From the NCBI GenBank assembly GCA_002269645.1, contig NIVC01000392.1:558001-622000 (forward strand): DNA of 64,000 nt, read 5' to 3'. A program made the position numbers and the translations under genes. Below are positions 21,663-32,400 of this stretch, one piece after another. The notes beneath the pieces are model-generated. The model did not search any database. It was given only the letters and a program-made list of their open reading frames with translations, and was not told where the DNA came from. Each line of letters opens with the position of its first letter. Positions within the stretch are counted from its first letter, which is position 1. This DNA comes from Macrostomum lignano (Eukaryota).

Positions 21663-23403
21663 TGTAGAAAAAATACTAACTAAACTAAAAACTATTTAAT
21701 TGGAGTTAAATTGAAGGAGCAGTAAGTGGGCGCAGGGCCCAAACCGATATATTTATAGAACATTTAACTTTGGGGGGTTGAGCCTAGAATAATAAAGAGA
21801 GGGGGTGGAGTGCGCGACTGAAGAGAGAGGCGAGAATGGAGAGCCAATCAGAAGGCAGCAAGGGAGAGAGAGATAAGAATAACAAGATTGAGCTGGACAG
21901 AGAAGAGAGAAAACAGAGTAAACAGAGACAAGTGAAGGTGAACTAAAGAAATGACTAGGAAAGTCGCGACACTCCCCCCAAAAAAATGGAACATTTTTTG
22001 AATTTTCGAGTACCATTACCAATTGAAATTAATGAGTTAGAATTAGGTCGAATTAAATTGAAAAACACATTCACAATAAATGGTGTATAAAACGATTTGA
22101 AAAATACATAATGACTAAGAATTTGAATACAAAAACAGTAGAGCGAATGCAAAATATTTAGACCGAATTTTAAACTTAGATTTTTATTGAGTAGTTTTTG
22201 AACCAATGAGAAGACTGAAAAGACTGAATAGAGATGAGACTGGATAGACTAAATATATCCGCCCTCCCCCCTAAAAATTAATTTAATTTTTTAAATTGTG
22301 ACTACATGGTGAAAGAAAAAATTGAATGACGAATTAACGAGGCGATCTGGCAGGCGATGAGCGAAGAGACGATCCGGCAGGCGAGCCCCGAGGCGCCCCG
22401 GCCGAGAATTTGAACCGAGAGAGACCGAGGACACCGCAGGACGCACCCCCGGCAGACGATGAGCGAAGAGACGATCCGGCAGGCGAGCCCCGAGGCGCCC
22501 CGGCCGAGAATTTGAACCGAGAGAGACCGAGGACACCGCAGGACGCACCCCCGGCAGACGATGAGCGAAGAGACGATCCGGCAGGCGAGCGAAGAGACGA
22601 TCCGGCAGGCGAGCCCCGCGGCGCCCCGGCAGAGAATCTGAACCGAGAGAGACCGAGGACACCGCAGGACGCACCCCCGGCAGACGATGAGCGAAGAGAC
22701 GATCCGGCAGGCGAGCCCTGAGGTGCCCCGGCCGAGAATTTGAGACCGAGAGAGACCGAGGACACCGCAGGACGCACCCCCGGCAGACGATGAGCGAAGA
22801 GACGATCCGGCAGGCGAGCCCTGAGGTGCCCCGGCCGAGAATTTGAGACCGAGAGAGACCGAGGACACCGCAGGACGCACCCCCGGCAGACGAAGCGATG
22901 AGGCCGACAGACGAAGCGATGAGGCCGACAGACGAAGCGATGAGGCCGACAGACGAAGCGATGAGGCCGACAAACGAAGCGATGAGGCCGACAGACGGGA
23001 TGACGAGATGACTGGTGGAGGGTTACGACTATGACGATGGCATGGCCTTTGCCAGCCTTACTGAATTGACTTAATTATTTTTCATTGGGCGCCATGTAGA
23101 AAAAATACTAACTAAACTAAAAACTATTTAATTGGAGTTAAATTGAAGGAGCAGTAAGTGGGCGCAGGGCCCAAACCGATATATTTATAGAACATTTAAC
23201 TTTGGGGGGTTGAGCCTAGAATAATAAAGAGAGGGGGTGGAGTGCGCGACTGAAGAGAGAGGCGAGAATGGAGAGCCAATCAGAAGGCAGCAAGGGAGAG
23301 AGAGATAAGAATAACAAGATTGAGCTGGACAGAGAAGAGAGAAAACAGAGTAAACAGAGACAAGTGAAGGTGAACTAAAGAAATGACTAGGAAAGTCGCG
23401 ACA
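21663..23403 (-). mobile_element. Non-autonomous LTR retroelement (TRIM-like), 1741 bp
   Basis: Two 309-bp TG...CA LTRs (21663-21971, 23095-23403), identical by eye; 5-bp TSD AGGTT; PBS TGGCGCCCAA (tRNA-Lys type) directly after the 5' LTR; PPT GGGGGGAG before the 3' LTR; no gag/pol. Confidence 0.95.
22330..22995. repeat. ~102-bp GC-rich tandem repeats (about 5) followed by 21-bp repeats (about 4) inside the TRIM
   Basis: GAGACCGAGG at 22421 and 22523; GACGAAGCGATGAGGCCGACA repeated at 22890-22995. Confidence 0.9.
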
Positions 23404-25736
23404 AGGTTTAACATGGTGGCTCTTTTAGGTTTAACATGGTGGCTCTTTTAGGTTTAACATGGTGGCTCTTTTAGGTTTAACATGGTGGCTCTTAAATGTT
23501 CGACATGGTGGCTCTTTAATGTTCGACATGGTGGCTCTTTAATATTCTTCATGTTATAGCTCTTTCATGTTTGACATGGTGGCTCTTTTATGGTCGACAT
23601 GGTGGCTCTTTAATGTTCGAAATGGTGGCTCTTTAATGTTCGAAATAGTGGCTCTTTCATTTTCGACATGGTGGCTCTTTATGTTTGACATGTTGGCTCT
23701 TTTATGTTTGACATGTTGGCTCTTTTATGTTTGACATGGTGGATATTTAATGTTCAAAATAGTGGCTCTTTTATGGTCGACATGGTGGCTCTTTAATGTT
23801 CGAAATGGTGGCTCTTTAATGTTCGAAATAGTGGCTCTTTTATTTTCGACATGGTGGCTCTTTTAGGTTTGACATGGTGGCTCTTTTATGTTCGACATGG
23901 TGGCTCTTTAATGTTTGACATGGTGGCTCTTTAATGTTTTACATGGTAGCTCTGTTATGTCCGAAATGGTGGCTCTTTAATGTTTGACATAAAGTCACAT
24001 ATATGTTTGACATGGTGGCTCTTAAATGTTTGACATGGTGGCTCTTTATGTTTGACATGTTGGCTCTTTCATGTTCGAAATGGTGGCTCTTTTTTGTTCT
24101 ACATGTTAACTCTTTTTATTTGATACGGTGGCTTTTTTAATGTCTGACATGTTGGCTCTTTAATGTTCGACAAAGTGGCTCCTAAATGTTTGACATAGTG
24201 GCTCTTCAATGTTTGACAATGTAACTTTTGAATGTTTGACATGGTGGCTCTTTAATGTTTGACATGGTAGCTCTGTTATGTTCGACATGGTGGCTCTTCT
24301 AGGTTTGACAATGTGGCTCTTTAATGTTTCACATGGTGGATCTTTAATGTTTTACATGGTGGCTCTTTTATGTTTAACTTGGTAGCTCTTTGTTATTTTA
24401 CATGGCAGCTCTTTTATGTTCGACATGGTGGCTCTTTAATATTCTTCATGTTATAGCTCTTTCATGTTTGACATGGTGGCTCTTTAATGTTCGAAATGGT
24501 GGCTCTTTAATGTTTAACACAAAGTCACATATATGTTTGACATGGTGGCTCTTAAATGTTTGACATGGTGGCTCTTTATGTTTGACATGTTGGCTCTTTT
24601 ATGTTTGACATGTTGGCTCTTTTATGTTTGACATGGTGGCTCTTTAATGTTCGAAAAAGTGGCTCCTAAATGTTTGACATAGTGGCTCTTTGATGTTCGA
24701 AATAGTGACTCTTTTATTTTCGACATGGTGGCTCTTTAATGTTCGAAATGGTGGCTGTTTAATGTTAGAAATGGTGGCTCTTTTATGTTTGACATAAAGT
24801 CACTTATATGTTTTATATGGTGCCTCTTAAATATTAGACATGGTGGCTCGTTTAGGTTTGACATGGTGGCTCTTTAATATTCGATATGTTAGCTCTTTTA
24901 TGTTCGACATGGTGGCTCTTCTATGTTTGACATTGCGCTTCTTTTATGTTTAGAAGTTTTGTGTTTTTAAGGTGTTTTAATAAAAAAAAATCTTTTTTGC
25001 CCTACTAAGATTCGAACCCAAGTCGCTACATTAGCATTCCAGTCTGTTCGCATCTGGGCTATCTTTTTCAATTGGAGAACATAAATTGTGGCCCTTATAA
25101 TTCAATTCTTACAGCAAGTCAATTGGAGTAAAAAGTTATGACATAATCAATTTCTCAGTCAGCCAGAATCAGTCTCAATTTAAGTTGCCAATATGGTTAC
25201 GCAATTTCATTCAAGTCGTGTGTGCATTTCTTCGGCACTGTTTTCAACTTGTTGTGATGCAATCTTTGTCAGAATCAGAATTCAGTCAGTCAGTTTTTTC
25301 TCTAGCATTCTTACAATGCATTTCAGGTCGAAAGAGCTGCTTGACCTTTGCAAAAAAGCATGTTTTTCGAATATTTAATCCCTTTAGCATCAAGCAATTT
25401 CTTAGCCACGATGCATGTACTGTCACGGGAAAATTTCTGATCGAACAGTGCAAGTTCGAAGAAAATCGGTTGAGCCGTTTTTGCTAAAATCGATCACACA
25501 CACACACATACACACACACACATACCGACAGACCATTTTTAGTATATTGGAAGCCATTTTTTCTGAAATCAATCGCATACCCATATACAGACAACTCATT
25601 TTTAGTATATAGGATAGATAAGAGAAGAAGAGAAGAAAGAGACAGACAGAAGAGAGAGAAGAGAAGAGAAGAGAGAGAAGAGATGAGGCCATCTCAACAA
25701 CGTGTGAAATTCGCTTCTCTTTTTCTTTCGATAATA

Positions 25737-25830
25737 GAGTGAACGGTAGAGTGAACGGTAGAGTGAACGGTAGAGTGAACGGTAGAGTGAACGGTAGAGT
25801 GAACGGTAGAGTAAACGGTAGAGTGAACGG
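25737..25830. repeat. 12-bp tandem repeat (GTGAACGGTAGA)
   Basis: Direct periodicity, about 8 copies. Confidence 0.95.
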
Positions 25831-26330
25831 TATGTTTCGATAGAATAAAGGAGTGTGTAGCGTGTTTAGTGTTTTCTTTTTGCTTTTATACCCCTGGCTA
25901 GGGTAAGTTGGGGAAGTTTCTTGAACGTAATTGGCATACAAGGATAGAAAATTCTAGAGTAATCCGACACGGTGAAGTTTGAGACCTGGGAGTGACCACG
26001 GACCCCCTGAATAGTAGAAGGTATTCTACTAGGTATTCTACTATTCAGGGGTCTGTGGACTGACTGAATGCAGAGAAGGAAGGAAATAGTTTTTACCATG
26101 AGTTTTCAGTATGAGTTTTCAGTATAGCATACCAGACTGCCCGATGTTGACATAGATACATGTATATGACCTATTTCCGTCAGCGCAATGTAAAAATACC
26201 CATTTTCCAGGATCGAAATGTTGCACAGGTGACGGACACCAGAAATTTGTTAGGACACTCTGAAAAGCCTGGACATCATAGTTCCAGACTTCTGAAGCTG
26301 TGGATTATTTTGAGGTTAGTCATGAAAATA

Positions 26331-27568
26331 CGAGGGGTGATCAAAAAGTTCTGCAACCTCTTGTTATAACTTTTAGTTATAGAATGGGCAAAAGCCAAAA
26401 ACTTACACATATGCGGCTATATCTGTTTGCTATATTTATATGCATTTTTGGCTTTCAAATATTCCCCAGTCAAATTTCACAGCCATATATTTTCCATGTG
26501 TTTTCAGTAGCTGATGGAAACATCAAAAGACATTGTTCGCTTCTATTTCTTTATGCGCATGCAACTTGGCTGCAGAGCGACTGAGATTCATACTGATCTA
26601 GTGAATGTTTTAGCTGACTCTGCTCCATCATTTGACACGGTTGCCCGCTGGCTGCGCCATTTCTCGGAAGGCCGGGAGAGCTTCAACGATGAACCGAGGT
26701 CTGGCCGACCCCGGACATCCATGAGCTTGGTGTCAGCGATGGAAGTGCTCAAAACAGTGCTCAAAACAAAACACAAAGGCCTGCGCTCGGTGGGTACCCA
26801 TCTTTTCACTACGGAGAAGCAAGCAGAGAGGGTGCGCATCTGTCGCTTGTGGCTGCAAATTTTTGAGCCCCATGGCCCACGACGAATGTCGGATGTCATC
26901 ACAGGAGACGAATGTTGGATCTCCTTCTTTACCATGAAGGATAAGCAGTCCAACAGGGTCTGGCTGGCAGAAGATGAGCCAAGGCCTGAGGTGCTGAAGA
27001 CCGGATTCCGCAGTCGGAAGCGGATGTTCACCATTTTTTTCAACTCTCAGGGTGTTGTATCGGTGAACATCCTTCCAGCGGGTGCCACAGTGACTGCCAG
27101 GTACTACACAGACACTGTTCTGCCAGGTGTGCTGCATGAGCGGCAGGAACGTGCGCGAACCAGGCATGGACCTCGACTCCTGCTGCACCATGACAATGCG
27201 GCACCGCACAGAGCAGCCTCAATTATGGCGTACCAGGAGCAGCAGGGGGTACCCCCAGCTGCTGCCCCATCCACCCTACTCTCCAGACCTAGCACCCTGT
27301 GACTTTTGGCTGTTCCCGAGGATCAAATCCGTCATTTCTGGGAGGCCGTTTTCACGCATGCAAGACCTTGCCCAAGTGGTACATTCAGCTCTACAGGGTA
27401 TACCAACTTCGGAGTACCATGACTGCTTTCAGACATGGTGCACACGCATGCGACAGTGCATAGATGGTGGTGGAAAGTTCTTTGAGGGAATGTGACACTG
27501 ATTAGACGCTTCGGCTGCTGTAACACTGAGTTGTGAGGTCACTTGCAGAACTTTTTGATCACCCCTCG
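26331..27568 (+). mobile_element. Mariner (DD34D) DNA transposon, 1238 bp
   Basis: Perfect 26-bp TIRs CGAGGGGTGATCAAAAAGTTCTGCAA, TA target duplication on both sides. Confidence 0.97.
26514..27495 (+). pseudogene. Mariner transposase pseudogene
   Basis: HTH + RSGRP, ITGDECW, HHDNA, then a frameshift into HPPYSPDLAPCDFWLF; the WVP motif is out of frame and the second HTH appears deleted. Confidence 0.92.
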
Positions 27569-28932
27569 TAAGCTGGTAAATTTGAAACGGGAAATACTGT
27601 ACTTTCAAGTAACACAATTGTATATTAGTCAGTACACCTTGACGAACTTGGCCCAGCTCGGGTCGGTCTCGAAAGCGTCGCCGCCGCTTGAGTCAGTGAA
27701 ATCCAGCATGCAGCAGGCGCCGCTGGCCCGGTTGAGCAGGTTATGTTAAGATCGGATTAGCTAGTTGTTTGAAATACTTTTAGAGATCTAGTAATATGAG
27801 CGTATCAAAATGTGTCCCAGTTTTGATTCTCTTCATTTTGAATTGGTTTTTGACCCAATAGTTAGTACAATATAATCCAGCGACCGAGGATTCTTTGCAT
27901 TGTTTTTCTGTTTGACGATCCTACAGACAATGAATTGTTTATACGATCACTCAACAACTAGTTCTGCATTAAAAATGTGAATAATGATCGTCAAATTGCT
28001 ATACAATGACATATTTTTAAATAATGATAAAGACCACAGACATATCAAATAAAGTCCAAGTGCTTGTGTTGCATCATGATATAAGCGGCTAAAGGGTGTG
28101 CAGTTTCTTAGCTAATTTATTTAATTGTCACAATTATTACATTAGAACCATGGTATACACTACAATATTAAATAAAATACAGCCTTTTTGAATTGGAAAA
28201 TGAGTTTTTTAAGACTCGGAAAGTAGCTATCGCGAGTCACACCAGGTGACTGAAGTGACTTTCAACTTTGGTGTAGAATTTAATACGATCAGAGGTACAT
28301 GCAAATTTACAATACAGATAAGTACGAGTACTTTAGTCCGTAAGATAGTAAAATCAAAAATAATTAAATATTCGATTCTAAAATAACATGTTTCTTCTAA
28401 AACTAATACGCGAGTATCTTACTGTGGTGCATCGGTTGCATATTACAGAACTGTTCTAATGATTAAAAAAAATCGGTATTTTAAACAAAATTGCGAAGAA
28501 ATATTATAAACACGGAATATCATATTTGGAGAAGCTACGATATGAAATATATCGAATGTAGGAAATATCGGAAATCGTAGCTCTGTGAGTGGATAAAAAG
28601 TACTTTTCACTTAACAAAGATCAATCTGAGTCTTATATTTTCATTATGCATAAAATCAGTTAATCAGAAATTACTTATACAAAACAAAAAATAGTTATCC
28701 CACAGTATAAAATAAAAATTCTCGCCATCAATAAGATTTTTAAAAGAACTTTCCTCAGCAGAACAAATTTGAACAAACTGCATCTAGTCAAGGAAATTTG
28801 TCACGTAGCTATTTATAGACTACGTTTTTCGTAGAGAGCCCCAAAACCATGTACATTCATCGCCATAGTACACGCAGCAAATTTACGATATCTGTTAAGT
28901 GCTAATATTCAATCAGTTATCATATCTGGGGG

Positions 28933-29481
28933 TTATTTTGCTCCTGCAGTCGAAGCCGCGGTTGCTGGAAACAACTCGATGGTCAGCCGATTGTCTTCGT
29001 CGCCCTCGTCTAGACCGCGGTGCACAGGGAACGTCAGCTTTTTATTATTGTCGCCTGAAACAAGTCGAACTGTCAGACGCTCAACAAAGACTCCATTGCC
29101 GGGCCCGGTGGCGTCGCAGCGAAGGCTCACTCGGCCAACGCTTGGCAGCAGGCGAAGCGACCGGAATCGACGAACAACCTCCTGGCCCGTGGCGAGACCC
29201 CTTGCCAGCAGCCGCTCACCAGTTGAGCCGCCGTAACCGGGGCCGTTCGAAGTATTCTCTTCGCCAGCTACGGTGCCGCGCAAATTTACGAAGACGCCGC
29301 CGGCTGTGCCGGAATTGGCGCCGGCGCCAACTTTCAGCGCCACTTCGTATTCGACAGTGTCGAGTAGGCGAGAGCCCGGCCAGTCGGCTTGAACTTCGAT
29401 GCAGTCGCCGGGCGTTAGCGACTGCTGATGCTGCTGAGCTGAAGCGAACGTGTCCATAGTGTCCCGGTCTTGAAGTCGGAT
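28933..29481 (-). CDS. Terminal coding exon: last PLAT repeat and stop
   Basis: [26 protein letters not shown]...[20 protein letters not shown], then TAA. Confidence 0.87.
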   Translation of the reverse strand: MRLQDRDTMDTFASAQQHQQSLTPGDCIEVQADWPGSRLLDTVEYEVALKVGAGANSGTAGGVFVNLRGTVAGEENTSNGPGYGGSTGERLLARGLATGQEVVRRFRSLRLLPSVGRVSLRCDATGPGNGVFVERLTVRLVSGDNNKKLTFPVHRGLDEGDEDNRLTIELFPATAASTAGAK

Positions 29482-32400
29482 CTGTCAAATATCAAGGAAG
29501 TTGATTGGTTGTTTAGTGCCGCTGACAATTTTGGCTGTTTTGGCTGGCTGTTAGGCACAATTTTAAAATCATTAGCTACCCTCTAGAATCCTTCACCAGA
29601 ACTTACCCTGTCGAATTTCCAAACGCCTCCACCGCTCGTCTCGGTCGCTTCTTCCAGTCCCAGGCGAACCTTGAACACTTCGTGCACCGTGACGGGATCA
29701 AAACTAACGAGGAATTCTTCTCGACCGTTACCGGACAGTCCAGTCAACGGCAGCCGGCCGCTCGACACGTCGCCGCTGCTGACAAACTCGATCCAGCCTG
29801 GAGGCAGCTTTGCACCGGCATCGTCCGCGGCTGCTGACGACCAAGTTTCCAGGCGCCATTGACCGAATGTGACGGCGCTCCGTTCGGACGATTCTGCAAC
29901 AGGTTGAAACTTCTCTACGGCCGTCTCCGTCGGACTCGATGCTGTCAGGCGCAGCTGCTCCATCAGCTCGGCCGACGACAATGGCGACGACTGACCCTCA
30001 GGAGTCGGTCGGAATTTCACGCACCAGCGACTGTAGCGACTCTCCGCAAGACTGACTGCAGCAACGCGAATCGACCGGTCGTGTGGCGGCTGCAGGATCA
30101 ACGTCAGCGAACCGACGTCGTCATCACTGTCCGCATCGACTCGCCTTTTGAAGGTGAACAGACAACGTCGAGTGGTTTGCTGTTGTTGGTCCGCTGTGTG
30201 CTCAGCTGTCGAGTCTGCAGCCAGTGGCGTCAGCAGCATCGGCGGATTTGACTCGTCTGCCTCATCGTGATCCGATGATTCATCGGCGGGTTCGTCTTCT
30301 TCGCCATCCTTTGTCGCTTTGCCAATCTCTGTTACGAAGGCGCGACCATCGGCGCCGACTTTTGGGTGCAGTCGAACCTGAAGTCGACCAGCAGAAGCGG
30401 CTGACATCAGGGCGGCGGAGGCGGCTTCCGAGTCTTCGGCGGTCGTGTCTGAGTGGCGAAGAAGAAGAGGAAAGGAAATTTTGTTGGATCTCTGGAAAAT
30501 CTTTTCTGAAGGAGATTCAACTTGATAATAAATTCCAGAGCTCTTATTATTTTTACCTGTTTGAATCTCGAGCAGCCAATCAGATTCGGAGCAAGCTGCC
30601 GCATCGTCAGACGGCTGACTGAGGGTTGCCTGGGTGAACCCGTCGCCCCAGCCGGCGTCCAGCCACCGTCTCGCCGGGAAGTACACTGTGACGACTGTCG
30701 GATCCGAGTAGGACACAGTCGCGTGATCGATGTAGACACCCTGGCCCCGGCCGGGACAGTCGTGTCCGATAGTAAATCCGGACAGCTGGCCAACGGAGAG
30801 GCAGTTCAGCCGAGCGTGAATGGTCTGGCCGGGCGTCAGCGGCTGGTGACTCGGCGGCAGTGGCATCGAGCCGGATTCGCCCAAATCGCCGTGCAAAGTC
30901 AGGGCGAGCGAGTTGGCGGTTAAATCGCCCGAGCCGGCCGAGTTTCTCGCTTTGCCTAGGCGGAGGCTGACCTGGTAGGCCAGGGTTCGAGGCTGCGGCA
31001 CGCCCGGCCGATTGGCGGCCAGTTCTACGGATTCGCCGCTGGCGAGAACTCGATTCACGGGCAGAAAGAACTCGGCGCTTGAGCCTGCAATAAATCGTTC
31101 GTTTGCGGAATGCTTAGGATTGAATGAAACAGGTATAGGGTCCCACTCCACTGATTTAAACTGTCGCTCGTTGGATTCCACTCTTTTAGATTACCCTCTT
31201 TGGGATTCTTCAATCTGGGATTCCTCTATCTAGGATACTCCTCTTTGGGATTCCTCTATCTAGGATACTCCTCTTTGGGATTCCTCAATCTGGGATTACC
31301 CTCTTTGGGATTCCCCTCTTCGGGATTTCTTCTTTGGGATTCCCCTCTTTGGGATTCCTCAATCTAGGATTCCCCACTTTGGGATTCCTCAATCTAGGAT
31401 TCCCCACTTTGGGATTCCTCAATCTGGGATTCCCTCTTTGGGATTCCTCAATCTGGCATTCCCCTCTTTGGGATTCCTCAATCTGGGATTCCTCTATCTA
31501 GAATTCCTCAATCTGGAATTCCTCAATCTGGAATTCCCTCATTGGGATTCCTCAATCTGGGATTAGTTTATCTGGAATTCCCCTCCTCGGGATTCCTTTA
31601 TCTAGGATTTTCCTATTTAGGATTCCCCTTTGGGATTTCCTCTTTGACAATTCCGTCTAGGATTCCCTTTTTAGGATTGTCTTTTTTAGGATTCCACACT
31701 GTAAGATTGCTCTATTCTGGATTTTTCGCTATGAATTTGCTGTCAGATCAAACTGTAGAGAAAATCCTCAGCCTCACCTGCATCGGACAGCCGAATTTTG
31801 GTCACCTCCAGACGAGCCTCCGGACTTCCACTCAGGTCTAGGCGGAGTCGCGTCAGTTCGCCAATCTCGCCGAAGTCCAGCAGGAATCGGTGGACAGAAT
31901 AGCTGGCTAGGCCTCGCTCAGCGGCCGGGAGCAGCTCCTGCGGATGCGTGCCGGTCTGCACGGTGGTCCCGCTAGCCGACAATCGCAGCCGGCAGTCTTT
32001 CGACTGGCCCGACCAGCCAACGCTACCAACGTGGAGAACGACGTTGAACCTGCCGGTGGTGCGAGGGAACTCGGCAAGGCCGGCGAGGTCGCCAGTCGCT
32101 GGCACCCGTTGAGCATCCCGCAGCTGCAGGCTGGCCGAATTCGGTGTCAGCTTGGCGACGCCACCGCCGACTTCGAATCGGAATTCGTACGGATTGAACT
32201 GGCCTTCGCGAAGGAGAACCGCGTCGATTGGCCAGGAGACGGCGTCGGGCACTTCGGCGGCGGCGTCGTCGGCAGTGGCATTGGACGAGTCGCTGACGTC
32301 CAGCGCGATGGTCAAGCGAAGCGGTGGGCCGACGTACACCGCGGTCACCAGGAAGGTGTCCATGCCGCCGGGTCGGTGACCGAAATCGTCACGTAGGAGG

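Larger units (their letters stand above)
20615..24935. repeat. 23-bp satellite array of unit 2, split by the mini-LTR insertion at 21663-23403
   Basis: Same consensus as 17345-19355 on both sides of the insertion. Confidence 0.95.
19960..25614 (-). mobile_element. Non-autonomous Helitron-like unit 2, both termini intact
   Basis: Minus strand A|TCCTATATACTAAAA 5' end at 25614; 3' end is hairpin CCCCC-AACG-GGGGG, ~9 nt, then CTAG at 19960-19963. Confidence 0.85.

Noticed and set aside
22890-22995. Hammerhead-like string GATGAGGCCGA...CGAA in the TRIM repeats (would make it a retrozyme)
   Set aside because: Lacks the CU of CUGAUGA, the GAAA box and a pairing stem II, and lies antisense to the element; an Infernal search would settle it
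17345-24935. CRISPR-like appearance of the 23-bp arrays
   Set aside because: Monomers are contiguous with no unique spacers, there are no cas genes, and the context is eukaryotic
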